This document shows positions 47,032-55,033 of a stretch of DNA of 64,000 nucleotides, piece by piece. The notes under the pieces were generated by a model. That model saw only the letters and a list, made by a program, of their open reading frames with translations. It ran no database searches and was not told where the DNA came from. The stretch is from an uncultured archaeon (GTDB lineage: Archaea > Asgardarchaeota > Thorarchaeia > Thorarchaeales > Thorarchaeaceae): contig CAZPWM010000003.1 of NCBI GenBank assembly GCA_964590575.1, forward strand, positions 1 to 64,000. The letters run 5' to 3'. The position numbers were made by a program, and so were the translations under genes. Each line of letters starts with the position of its first letter. Position 1 is the first letter of the stretch.

Positions 47032-47553
47032 ATGAGCAAGAAGAAAGTCAGTAAGATGGTCAGTATTCGTTTTAGAATGGACCAAAGTCTACTAGACCGA
47101 ATTGATCAGATTGCAGGTGAGCGGGGTCGCCAGAAATATATCCATGATGCAGTCGTCTGGCGTTTGGATGAGGAACTACCACCCGTTGTATTTGATTTGG
47201 TTCAGGATGTAGAAGCACTGAAAGCCCGAGTGGAACATCTCGAGAATGCCCGCGCGACAAGTGTTCAGTTGAGTGAACTCAATGATGTAGCTCGGAATGA
47301 GCTATGTAGCGACGAACTAGACCGGAAATTACTCGCATATTTCATTAAAAATGAAGGTGCCACAACTCCTGAGATTGCTGATGGTCTTCTTGGAAATTCT
47401 GAAAAACGTAGAACAGTTCTTGACCGAATTGACCGTCTAAACAAACGCGCGCATCAACTCTTTGATGCCCCTGTTCTGGTATATAGGAAAGGGTTTGTCA
47501 AGAACAAACGTGGGGCTTGGTGGATTACTAACCTCGAGCACATCATTGTCTGA
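47032..47553 (+). CDS. Putative DNA-binding protein: RHH + coiled coil + winged helix
   Basis: VSIRFRMD..LLDRID..AG..GR.KYI.DAV; VEALKARVEHLE; LDRKLL.YF....GATTPEIA..L. Confidence 0.7.
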   Translation: MSKKKVSKMVSIRFRMDQSLLDRIDQIAGERGRQKYIHDAVVWRLDEELPPVVFDLVQDVEALKARVEHLENARATSVQLSELNDVARNELCSDELDRKLLAYFIKNEGATTPEIADGLLGNSEKRRTVLDRIDRLNKRAHQLFDAPVLVYRKGFVKNKRGAWWITNLEHIIV

Positions 47554-47564
47554 TTTAGCAAATC

Positions 47565-47571
47565 TTTATAG
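47565..47571 (+). promoter_or_regulatory. TATA box of tRNA-Arg(CCG)
   Basis: TTTATAG about 23 nt upstream of the tRNA; CTATAAG (47999-48005) sits at the same distance from the second tRNA. Confidence 0.55.
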
Positions 47572-47593
47572 AACACAACTCTGTTTGGCTCTT

Positions 47594-47671
47594 GGGGCCG
47601 TAGTCTAGCATGGATAAGGCACCAGCCTCCGGAGTTGGTAATCCCCGGTTCGAATCCGGGCGGTCCCGCCA
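47594..47671 (+). tRNA. tRNA-Arg(CCG)
   Basis: GGGGCCG/CGGTCCC acceptor stem, CCAGC-CT-CCG-GA-GTTGG anticodon arm, CCCGG-TTCGAAT-CCGGG T arm, encoded CCA. Confidence 0.97.
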
Positions 47672-47744
47672 ATCAACTTGCTTTTCCCTCTCGGAGTTTA
47701 AAAGACCTCATTTAGCAGTGTATTGTGAACGTGAGGTTAATCAC

Positions 47745-47951
47745 ATGAGTTTCATACATGGACAGGGTGCATCTGTAGATCGCGTTGTGAGCAGGTTCAC
47801 TAGGTATCTCAATGGTCCGATGGGTAAATCTGTGCTTGACAATCTCGAAGAGGGTGAACATTTCATTCTACAGACTTCTGATCATACCTTTCGTGTGACC
47901 AAAAAGAATGGCTGCGCCGTCGTGGAGCTTCTTCAAGTACAGCTCGCTTGA
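47745..47951 (+). CDS. Small hypothetical protein (68 aa)
   Basis: GAGGT before ATG 47745: MSFIHGQGASVDRVVSRFTRYLNGPMG...; the ORF-track extension through the tRNA is spurious. Confidence 0.75.
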   Translation: MSFIHGQGASVDRVVSRFTRYLNGPMGKSVLDNLEEGEHFILQTSDHTFRVTKKNGCAVVELLQVQLA

Positions 47952-48028
47952 TGTACTGCACATCTCATGCCAATCCTTGTGCTTTCACAACGAAGACTCT
48001 ATAAGTCAAATTAGGCCTCCCGTTGAAT

Positions 48029-48106
48029 GGGGCCGTAGTCTAGCCTGGATAAGGCACCAGCCTGCGGAGTTGGTAATCCCCGGTTCGAATCCGGGCGGTC
48101 CCGCCA
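48029..48106 (+). tRNA. tRNA-Arg(GCG)
   Basis: Same cloverleaf, anticodon loop CT-GCG-GA, encoded CCA. Confidence 0.97.
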
Positions 48107-48221
48107 TTCCTTTTCCAAAGATACAACACACCATCGCTCGACAAGAAGCTTAAATGCAGTGCTAAAATCGACAACGCATAAGTGGAAAGAATACTTTTCA
48201 CGCTTCTGAGAGACCTCCAAC

Positions 48222-49349
48222 ATGCAATTCACACCACAACGCCTGGATAAAGTGCATCGAGCTATGCGTAAAGAAGAGATTGATGTATTACTCATCACCA
48301 ACAAGCAGGATATTCAGTACCTGACAGGTTACAGGTATCGCGATGTGAATGTACCAATCTGCTGTTTGATAACAGAGGACCATCAGCCACAGCTGGTTCT
48401 TCCAGGTACGCAAGAGATTATGACGCCTCGAGACACAATAATAGCTAAGATGCGATCATTCGATGAAACGACTTCTAAGGGTTTCTCGCGAGTTCGCGGC
48501 GATGCTTTCTGGGATTTAATTAAGGGGATTCTGAAGGAGCTTGGTTTGACGGGAAGCATGATTGGGTTGCAACATGACTGGCTTTCAGTCCGTGAGTTCG
48601 AGAAACTGAAACAAAAACTACCGGAGGCTGGATTCAAGGACTTCTCACCGGCATTGTGGAAGTTAAGACACATTAAGGATGCTTCAGAAATTGATGCAAT
48701 ACGCCAAGCTGTGAATATTAGCGAGATTGGCCTTCGAACTGCTCTAGAAGTTGTAGCAACAAGCAAATCAGAGCAAGAAGCTTCACTAGAGATTGAATCC
48801 GCAATGAGGAGGGCAGGAGGTCAACAGCCTGGAATTAGGGCTGCAGTTTTATCAGGTGCGCAAGCACATCTTCCTTTTTCAGAACCTAGCGCATCGAGAA
48901 TCAGTGGTCATGAATTAGTTATTTTAGACATAACTGTGAGCCATGCTGGGTATTTCGGAGAAGTAGCAAGAACTACCCATCTTGGCAAACCCTCAAACAA
49001 ACAGAAACGCCTCTTCGAGTACATACTCAATGCAGCACGGTTGCTAGAGAAAAGGCTCAAACCTGAAGCACAAATCAAAGATGTAGTAGAGAAGACTTTG
49101 AAGAAGTTGGGAAAGAATTTCCCGCCTGATACTATTGTTCAACCATTAGGCAACTCAATCGGGCTTGATCTATATGAACCTCCATACATTGTACCCGATG
49201 TTCAACAGACCCTACGAGAAGGGATGATATTTTCAATTCATCCAACTGGATATGTTGATGGTGCAGGTCCAGCCAAGATTACAGATATTATCCTGATTAC
49301 CGAGGATGGATGTGAGAATCTTACAACTTTGGCCCGTGAAACAATGTGA
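48222..49349 (+). CDS. Xaa-Pro aminopeptidase (M24) fold protein with degenerate active site
   Basis: Creatinase N-domain (IQYLTGY), LRHIKD..EI; ligand motifs altered (LGNSIGL, FSIHP, KITD). Confidence 0.85.
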   Translation: MQFTPQRLDKVHRAMRKEEIDVLLITNKQDIQYLTGYRYRDVNVPICCLITEDHQPQLVLPGTQEIMTPRDTIIAKMRSFDETTSKGFSRVRGDAFWDLIKGILKELGLTGSMIGLQHDWLSVREFEKLKQKLPEAGFKDFSPALWKLRHIKDASEIDAIRQAVNISEIGLRTALEVVATSKSEQEASLEIESAMRRAGGQQPGIRAAVLSGAQAHLPFSEPSASRISGHELVILDITVSHAGYFGEVARTTHLGKPSNKQKRLFEYILNAARLLEKRLKPEAQIKDVVEKTLKKLGKNFPPDTIVQPLGNSIGLDLYEPPYIVPDVQQTLREGMIFSIHPTGYVDGAGPAKITDIILITEDGCENLTTLARETM

Positions 49350-49874
49350 TCATGTGTAATATTGCCATCTCTTCAGTTTCATGAAAATCTGTGTGATGGT
49401 TTCAGCCCGAATCGTGTGTTTCTCAATCTCATCCCTTGAGATCTCCCTGATTTGGGCAGCAGGTGCTCCCGAGCTCAGAGTTCTTGGTGGAATCACGATA
49501 TTGGGAGGGACAATACTTCCAGGTGCTAACGACACTCCCTCTCCTAGAGTGGCTCCATCGAAAATAACACATCCTTCTCCAATGTTTGCACTATCTCCAA
49601 CGTAGACTCCATGAATTACGGTTGCAGTAGAAATAATGACGTTGTTACCGATAATCGCTGGATTTTCCTCAGTATGAGCATGTATAACAACACTGTCCTG
49701 AATACATGTATTCTCGCCAATGCGGACAGAGGTTTGATCCCCCCTTATGACCGCACCTGGCCAGATACTAGCTCCCGGACCTATATCTACATCTCCCACT
49801 ATAGTTGCTTGAGGGCTGACATAGGCTTGCGCGTCAATCTTCGGACTCTTATCACCAAATGGTAGTACTGGCAA
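49350..49874 (-). CDS. Gamma-carbonic anhydrase-like hexapeptide-repeat protein
   Basis: VGDV.IG..ASIWPGAVIRGD, IQD.VVIH, IHG, G.PA..IRE; TTG start after GAGGTG. Confidence 0.88.
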   Translation of the reverse strand: MPVLPFGDKSPKIDAQAYVSPQATIVGDVDIGPGASIWPGAVIRGDQTSVRIGENTCIQDSVVIHAHTEENPAIIGNNVIISTATVIHGVYVGDSANIGEGCVIFDGATLGEGVSLAPGSIVPPNIVIPPRTLSSGAPAAQIREISRDEIEKHTIRAETITQIFMKLKRWQYYT

Positions 49875-49954
49875 ATATAACACCTCTATTCTGTCTGGAA
49901 TTACACCCGTCGCGCAGTCATATAAAACATCATGTGATTTGTAGGTTGCATCCT

Positions 49955-50326
49955 TTATTTGCCTAAGAAGTTACTAATCACCTCTTCATAGTGCTCAGCA
50001 GGTCTCAGACCTATCAAACGATCTATTATTTTTGTTTCACCAGTTTTTTGATGACTAATCTCATATTTTGCAGGTTCACCATCAAAAAACATGAGGACAC
50101 AGGGTATTGCATGGATTTGATGGTCCATCGCAAATTGGCGATGTTCCTCTGTGTTAACCTTCAGAAATTTGACATCTATATTCTTAGCGTACTTCTCTTC
50201 AAGCTCCTCAAGAATGGGTGTCAGCGCTTTACAAGGTTGGCACCATTCGGCCCAGGCATCAACAAAAACGAGTCTGACCTGAGTGATTATTCTCTCAACA
50301 TCTGCTGGGGATACATCATCGACCAT
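49955..50326 (-). CDS. trxA: Thioredoxin
   Basis: VFVDAWAEWCQPC, I.AIP. Confidence 0.9.
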   Translation of the reverse strand: MVDDVSPADVERIITQVRLVFVDAWAEWCQPCKALTPILEELEEKYAKNIDVKFLKVNTEEHRQFAMDHQIHAIPCVLMFFDGEPAKYEISHQKTGETKIIDRLIGLRPAEHYEEVISNFLGK

Positions 50327-50358
50327 GAATTTTCGATTGCATGGCAGGCTATCAATCT

Positions 50359-50721
50359 TCACTTCTCAGTCCAAGTTGAAACAACATCGATTATTGGACC
50401 ATATGCAAACCCTGCAAACAATGCAGGAACATCTCTAAACTCTGTGGAAAGGAAAATTGCGAGTGAAACTAAAATTCCAAAGATCAGCCCTCGAACCACC
50501 GCATTTTCTAGGTTCTTATCATTGGAGCTCTTGACCAATTCCAAGTCGCCAGCAAATCCAATCAGCAGCCCCATTATTACACGGTTGTACCACATTCCAA
50601 TCAAGAATACAATATTCGGCAGATACCCTCCTGGTATTCTTGATCCCACTCCTATGATACACAATACTCCAAGGATTGCTCCTGTAAGCGTTGCTATTGC
50701 TATACGTCTGTACTGCAGCAT
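50359..50721 (-). CDS. Small four-helix membrane protein
   Basis: GAILGVLCIIG, WYNRVIMGLLIG, AGFAYGPIID. Confidence 0.8.
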   Translation of the reverse strand: MLQYRRIAIATLTGAILGVLCIIGVGSRIPGGYLPNIVFLIGMWYNRVIMGLLIGFAGDLELVKSSNDKNLENAVVRGLIFGILVSLAIFLSTEFRDVPALFAGFAYGPIIDVVSTWTEK

Positions 50722-50796
50722 ATCTGTTCCTCCAATATTCGATATAAAATGAGATTTACCCCTGAGGAAGAATATCTTCCTCGGGGAAACAAGAAA

Positions 50797-51162
50797 TTAT
50801 GCAGCAGCTTCATCAGCGAGAAGATTGTCTGCAATTTGCGCGTAAACTTCAGGTGGCATTACGCCAACCAGTTTGTCCATCTTTCTGCCTGCTCCGTCGT
50901 CAAAAACAACTCTCTTGCCTTCAGAGTAAACAAGAACGCTTGGCACGCCTGTAATCTGATTCTCCATGCTGAACTCTCGATTGTGGTCGACATCTAACTT
51001 TACGACCTTTAGTCCCTTCTCTTCATACTTTTCATAAAGCTCTTCAAGAATCGGACTAAGGGTTCTGCATGGACCACACCATATTGCATGGCAATCAACG
51101 AATACTACTTTGTAATCTTCGATAATTTTTGGCAAATCATCGGAACTAATGTCATCAACCAT
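50797..51162 (-). CDS. trxA: Thioredoxin
   Basis: VFVDCHAIWCGPC, ITGVP; start set at MVDDIS. Confidence 0.92.
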   Translation of the reverse strand: MVDDISSDDLPKIIEDYKVVFVDCHAIWCGPCRTLSPILEELYEKYEEKGLKVVKLDVDHNREFSMENQITGVPSVLVYSEGKRVVFDDGAGRKMDKLVGVMPPEVYAQIADNLLADEAAA

Positions 51163-51300
51163 TGTGATTATCTCCCGTCTCCGGCACGAGTCGGTTGTGC
51201 GTATTGATTGCACATCCGTTATAAACTTGTTGTTATCGCCTAGAATTTCTGGAGCAACATTATTATCCTGCAATCACATACAATGAAATAGTGGTGGGAC

Positions 51301-52317
51301 ATGTGTCCATATGCAGACTATGAGATTGGTCATGAGAAAGGAGCTGGAAAATTCGGGAATGGGTCTGTTTTCCTAAACAATTTTTTCCCCACGGATTTAT
51401 CACTCATTGCTTTGACTCTTATCCCGCTCTTTCCTACAGTCACGATGCCCTTCACAATTTATGGTGTTTTCCAGTGGTTGGTCATTTCCCTGTCCATTGC
51501 TTTTGCAATCCAGATTGGGCTTCAAGTGGTCCTAAGGCATCATTACAGGAGGCTCTATGCAAATTCTGAGCTTGAGCAAATTTTATCCAAAGTGAATGGT
51601 CGAATGGGATTCTCAGCAGATGTTGAACTGTGGGAATGTTCAAATGATAAGCCTGTTCTTGTTCCAATCTCTGCACTTCTGTATAGAGCTCTAGCAATTT
51701 CAAGACCTGCTGAAGAGGACCTTCTCGCATCTCCAACTATGGCTGAACCTGTTCTTGCGGACCATCTCAAGGATATTCAAGGCGGGCCTCTCTCTAGTAC
51801 CTGGCTTCCCATTTTCGTTTTCGTTCTGGTGTCCTCTTTAATGGTTCAATGGACAGGACTGCCCCTATATCAGGCAGTGAACATATCCTGGGCACTTTTC
51901 TTTGTTGTTGTCATTGTTATCGGAAGGACTGTCTTAGTGGGTAAGGAGAAACCGCACAATGTGGTGTTCGAAGCGTATGGTGTTCATCCCGACATGGCAA
52001 GGTGTGTGGTGTTTCGAGATTCTCAGCCTACTGAAGCTGAGATGAGAGAAATCTCGAAGAGACCTATTGATCCACTATCAAAGGATGTATTCCGTATGAA
52101 AGCTTACCTCTCATTTTTCGCAGCTCTGTTTCTTTCTCTTCTTGTCGGTATGGCACTGACCACATGGGTTTCCACTCTCAATCCACCGGGTTATCCAATA
52201 ATCTTTGAGGGCATGTTCTTCTTGCCAATAGGAGTATCAGTGTTTGTTTTTCTAGGGCTTTTCGCAATAGCCATGAGAGTAAGATATGAGTATGTTGATC
52301 CGAATTCTGGCATATAG
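51301..52317 (+). CDS. Multi-pass membrane protein, degenerate M48/HtpX-like
   Basis: ELEQILSKV..RMG....VELW...SNDKP...EPVLADHLKDI parallels EAVLAHELGHI. Confidence 0.55.
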   Translation: MCPYADYEIGHEKGAGKFGNGSVFLNNFFPTDLSLIALTLIPLFPTVTMPFTIYGVFQWLVISLSIAFAIQIGLQVVLRHHYRRLYANSELEQILSKVNGRMGFSADVELWECSNDKPVLVPISALLYRALAISRPAEEDLLASPTMAEPVLADHLKDIQGGPLSSTWLPIFVFVLVSSLMVQWTGLPLYQAVNISWALFFVVVIVIGRTVLVGKEKPHNVVFEAYGVHPDMARCVVFRDSQPTEAEMREISKRPIDPLSKDVFRMKAYLSFFAALFLSLLVGMALTTWVSTLNPPGYPIIFEGMFFLPIGVSVFVFLGLFAIAMRVRYEYVDPNSGI

Positions 52318-52369
52318 TCCGTGCCAAAGTTTGATAAGCGGCACTCAATGGATTTGAATTCCTAAGACA

Positions 52370-55018
52370 TTGGTGATTCTTGTGCCCGTTCTACACTGTC
52401 CAAAATGTGGGTCCCGTCTTGACTTCCATAAAGGCGGCGACATATGGACAGTGACATGTTCTTCTTGCAATGTTGAGGTATCGGTTGGTGGACGGAAAGC
52501 TGACCTGTTTGATGCATACGAAGCATATACCTCCCAAGTCCAAGCAGGTACTGCATCAACCATTACCGACTACCGAAAGAAAAAATATCTAGGGTCCGGG
52601 ATTGACACACCGAGGAAGAAACGGCAAACTTTGGACCCCAGTTCCCGGGTTCAGTCCAATGAAGCTATCACAAAATTGGTGAATGAGGGCGGAGCTAACC
52701 TGTCCGAGCTCTCAGAGCCAATCAGAAGACTTCTCACAAATGGGCGAGATTATCTTGTCAAGTATCAGCTCATGCCCACTACAGATGCTGAATATGGTGT
52801 GGATATTGATGAACTCAGTATACCCACGAGACTGAAAGAGCAGTTGGCTGACCAGGGAATAAGCACCCTTTACAAGTTTCAGGAGGACTCCTTTACTGCT
52901 ATTGAGAAAGGTGAGGACATTGTTATTGCAGCACCAACTGGTCAGGGTAAGACTGAAGGATTCATACTCCCCATAATCAGAAAGCTCCTTCTGTCAGTTC
53001 AGGAGTCTTTTCATAATCTTGGTATCAGAGCTCTGTTGATTTATCCAACGAAGGCTCTAGCTAGAGACCAGTACGATAAGATCAAGCAGATGTGTAAGGC
53101 CTCAAACCTCACGGTTTCAATATTCGATGGCGATGTTTCACAGAATGCTAGACAGAGGATATACGATGCACCTCCAGACATCTTACTGACTAATCCAGAT
53201 GTCCTCCATTATCATCTTGGCTGGGCACAATCTCGATTAGTGTCTTTATTGCGTACGGTGCAATTTGTAGTCCTTGATGAGATTCATCTCTACACGGGAT
53301 CCATGGGGACGAATGTCTACTACATTCTCAAAAGATTAGAACTCGAGTCTGGACGTTTTCAGAAGATTGGTGCGTCAGCCACTATTTCCAATCCCAAGGA
53401 GTTTGCTGAGATTCTCTTTGATTCAGAAGTCCGACTCGTGGAGTCAAAAACAGCCAAACGGGGACCAGTGCACTTCATGATGTACTATCCTGGAATGAGG
53501 AGTAAATATAGCATGATAGTTGACCTTGTCACTCAACTCCAGAAGGGAGACTTCAAGACATTAGTCTTCGGAAACACACACTCTGAGGCTGAAGTCCTGA
53601 ACATGCTCATTGGAGATGCTGGAGTAAAAACAATGGTCCATCGGGCGGGACTGTCAAAGAAGTATAGGAGCGAGGTAGAAGACCAGTTTAGGTCTGGAGA
53701 CCTCCCAGTCATCGTTTCCACGCCAACTCTTGAATTGGGTATTGACATTGGCGATTTAGACAGTGTGGTCAGTATGATTGTGTCAATCACTCGACTGACT
53801 CAACGGATGGGACGTGCTGGACGGAAAGGGCAGGAGAGTGTTGCGATACTTGCCCTCAGAGAGAATGATCCCATCTCATCCTTCTATCGCCACCAACCTG
53901 ACAAGTATTTCTCAGACATCGATGCTGCATACATGGAACCAGATAACGAGGTTGTTGGATACTTCCAGCTCATAGCTGCAGCCATGAGTGGAAAATTGAA
54001 GGTTCCTCATTTTGCTAGACACAAAGAGATCTTTGATAGGCTCGAGAGTGAGGGATTAATACACATAGATGATGACAAGGTTCGCATAGTTGACTTCGAT
54101 AAAGCAAGAAAGGAATGGCGTTCATATAGCATCAGAGGGATAGGTGACACGGTTCAGATAAAGACTGGAAACAAGGGTCTCGGGGAGCGCTCAATGCCTA
54201 TGGCTGCTCAAGAACTTCATCCAGGTGCTATTTACCTTCATGGTGGTAAGAACTACATGTCTGTAGACTTTAAGTACACCCCGGGATTGGGAAAAGCATC
54301 TGTTGTACCTCATGCTGACAGAAGTGCGCACACAAAACCACTCTACTCGACAATGCCTCGAATAATAGACATAGTAGAGAGAAGTAAGATTTTGGGTCTG
54401 AATGCCATCTATTGTACACTTGAGATGACCCAGACTGTTGTTGGCTATGTGAAGAAGGAAACAAGAACTGGTCGGGTCTTGAATCGGTCGAGTCTTTCGA
54501 CACCTCTCATTTACAAATATCGTACTCGAGGATTTGCCTTCACAGCACCAGAACCAGTCAAAGCAGTCAACGACCTCACATCCGGAAATTTGAGTAGCCT
54601 TGAAGGTCCTCGCCTGGGTCCTGCAGAACTCTTTGGTGGAGCTTTTCATGCTCTTGAGCATGTAGTGATAGAATCTAGTGACATGCTCACTGGAGGAGGT
54701 ACACGAGAGATAGGTGGTGTTTCGATGGGTGACTCAGGAATTATCTTCGTCTACGATGGCAGTCCGGGTGGTAATGGTGCATCCAAACTTCTGTTCACGA
54801 AATTAAATGAGGCTTTCAGAAGATCAAAAGAAATTCTTGAGAAATGTGATTGTACGACTATAGACGGGTGTCCTCTTTGCACATATTCATATCATTGCGG
54901 TAATAACAACAGTCCCTTGTTCAAACTTGGTGCACTCGAGAGTATCAAACAAATCCTCGACGAGGTGGAAACCACTGTTGACGTCGAGGGGTATGTAGGG
55001 TATCAACCCCTAGTCTAA
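52370..55018 (+). CDS. DEAH-box helicase with DUF1998 (Hrq1/MrfA-like) and N-terminal zinc ribbon
   Basis: APTGQGKT, YPTKALARDQ, DEIH, SAT, LELGIDIG, QRMGRAGR, C.C...GCP.C. Confidence 0.93.
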   Translation: MVILVPVLHCPKCGSRLDFHKGGDIWTVTCSSCNVEVSVGGRKADLFDAYEAYTSQVQAGTASTITDYRKKKYLGSGIDTPRKKRQTLDPSSRVQSNEAITKLVNEGGANLSELSEPIRRLLTNGRDYLVKYQLMPTTDAEYGVDIDELSIPTRLKEQLADQGISTLYKFQEDSFTAIEKGEDIVIAAPTGQGKTEGFILPIIRKLLLSVQESFHNLGIRALLIYPTKALARDQYDKIKQMCKASNLTVSIFDGDVSQNARQRIYDAPPDILLTNPDVLHYHLGWAQSRLVSLLRTVQFVVLDEIHLYTGSMGTNVYYILKRLELESGRFQKIGASATISNPKEFAEILFDSEVRLVESKTAKRGPVHFMMYYPGMRSKYSMIVDLVTQLQKGDFKTLVFGNTHSEAEVLNMLIGDAGVKTMVHRAGLSKKYRSEVEDQFRSGDLPVIVSTPTLELGIDIGDLDSVVSMIVSITRLTQRMGRAGRKGQESVAILALRENDPISSFYRHQPDKYFSDIDAAYMEPDNEVVGYFQLIAAAMSGKLKVPHFARHKEIFDRLESEGLIHIDDDKVRIVDFDKARKEWRSYSIRGIGDTVQIKTGNKGLGERSMPMAAQELHPGAIYLHGGKNYMSVDFKYTPGLGKASVVPHADRSAHTKPLYSTMPRIIDIVERSKILGLNAIYCTLEMTQTVVGYVKKETRTGRVLNRSSLSTPLIYKYRTRGFAFTAPEPVKAVNDLTSGNLSSLEGPRLGPAELFGGAFHALEHVVIESSDMLTGGGTREIGGVSMGDSGIIFVYDGSPGGNGASKLLFTKLNEAFRRSKEILEKCDCTTIDGCPLCTYSYHCGNNNSPLFKLGALESIKQILDEVETTVDVEGYVGYQPLV

Positions 55019-55033
55019 GGAGGTGAATAATAA

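Noticed and set aside
47594-48106. tRNA pair as attL/attR of an integrated element
   Set aside because: Both copies are full-length with different anticodons and their own promoters; no integrase is present.
47454-48304. ORF-track ORFs overlapping the tRNAs (47454-47672, 47610 extension, 47908-48153, 48011-48304)
   Set aside because: Artefacts of reading through tRNA genes.
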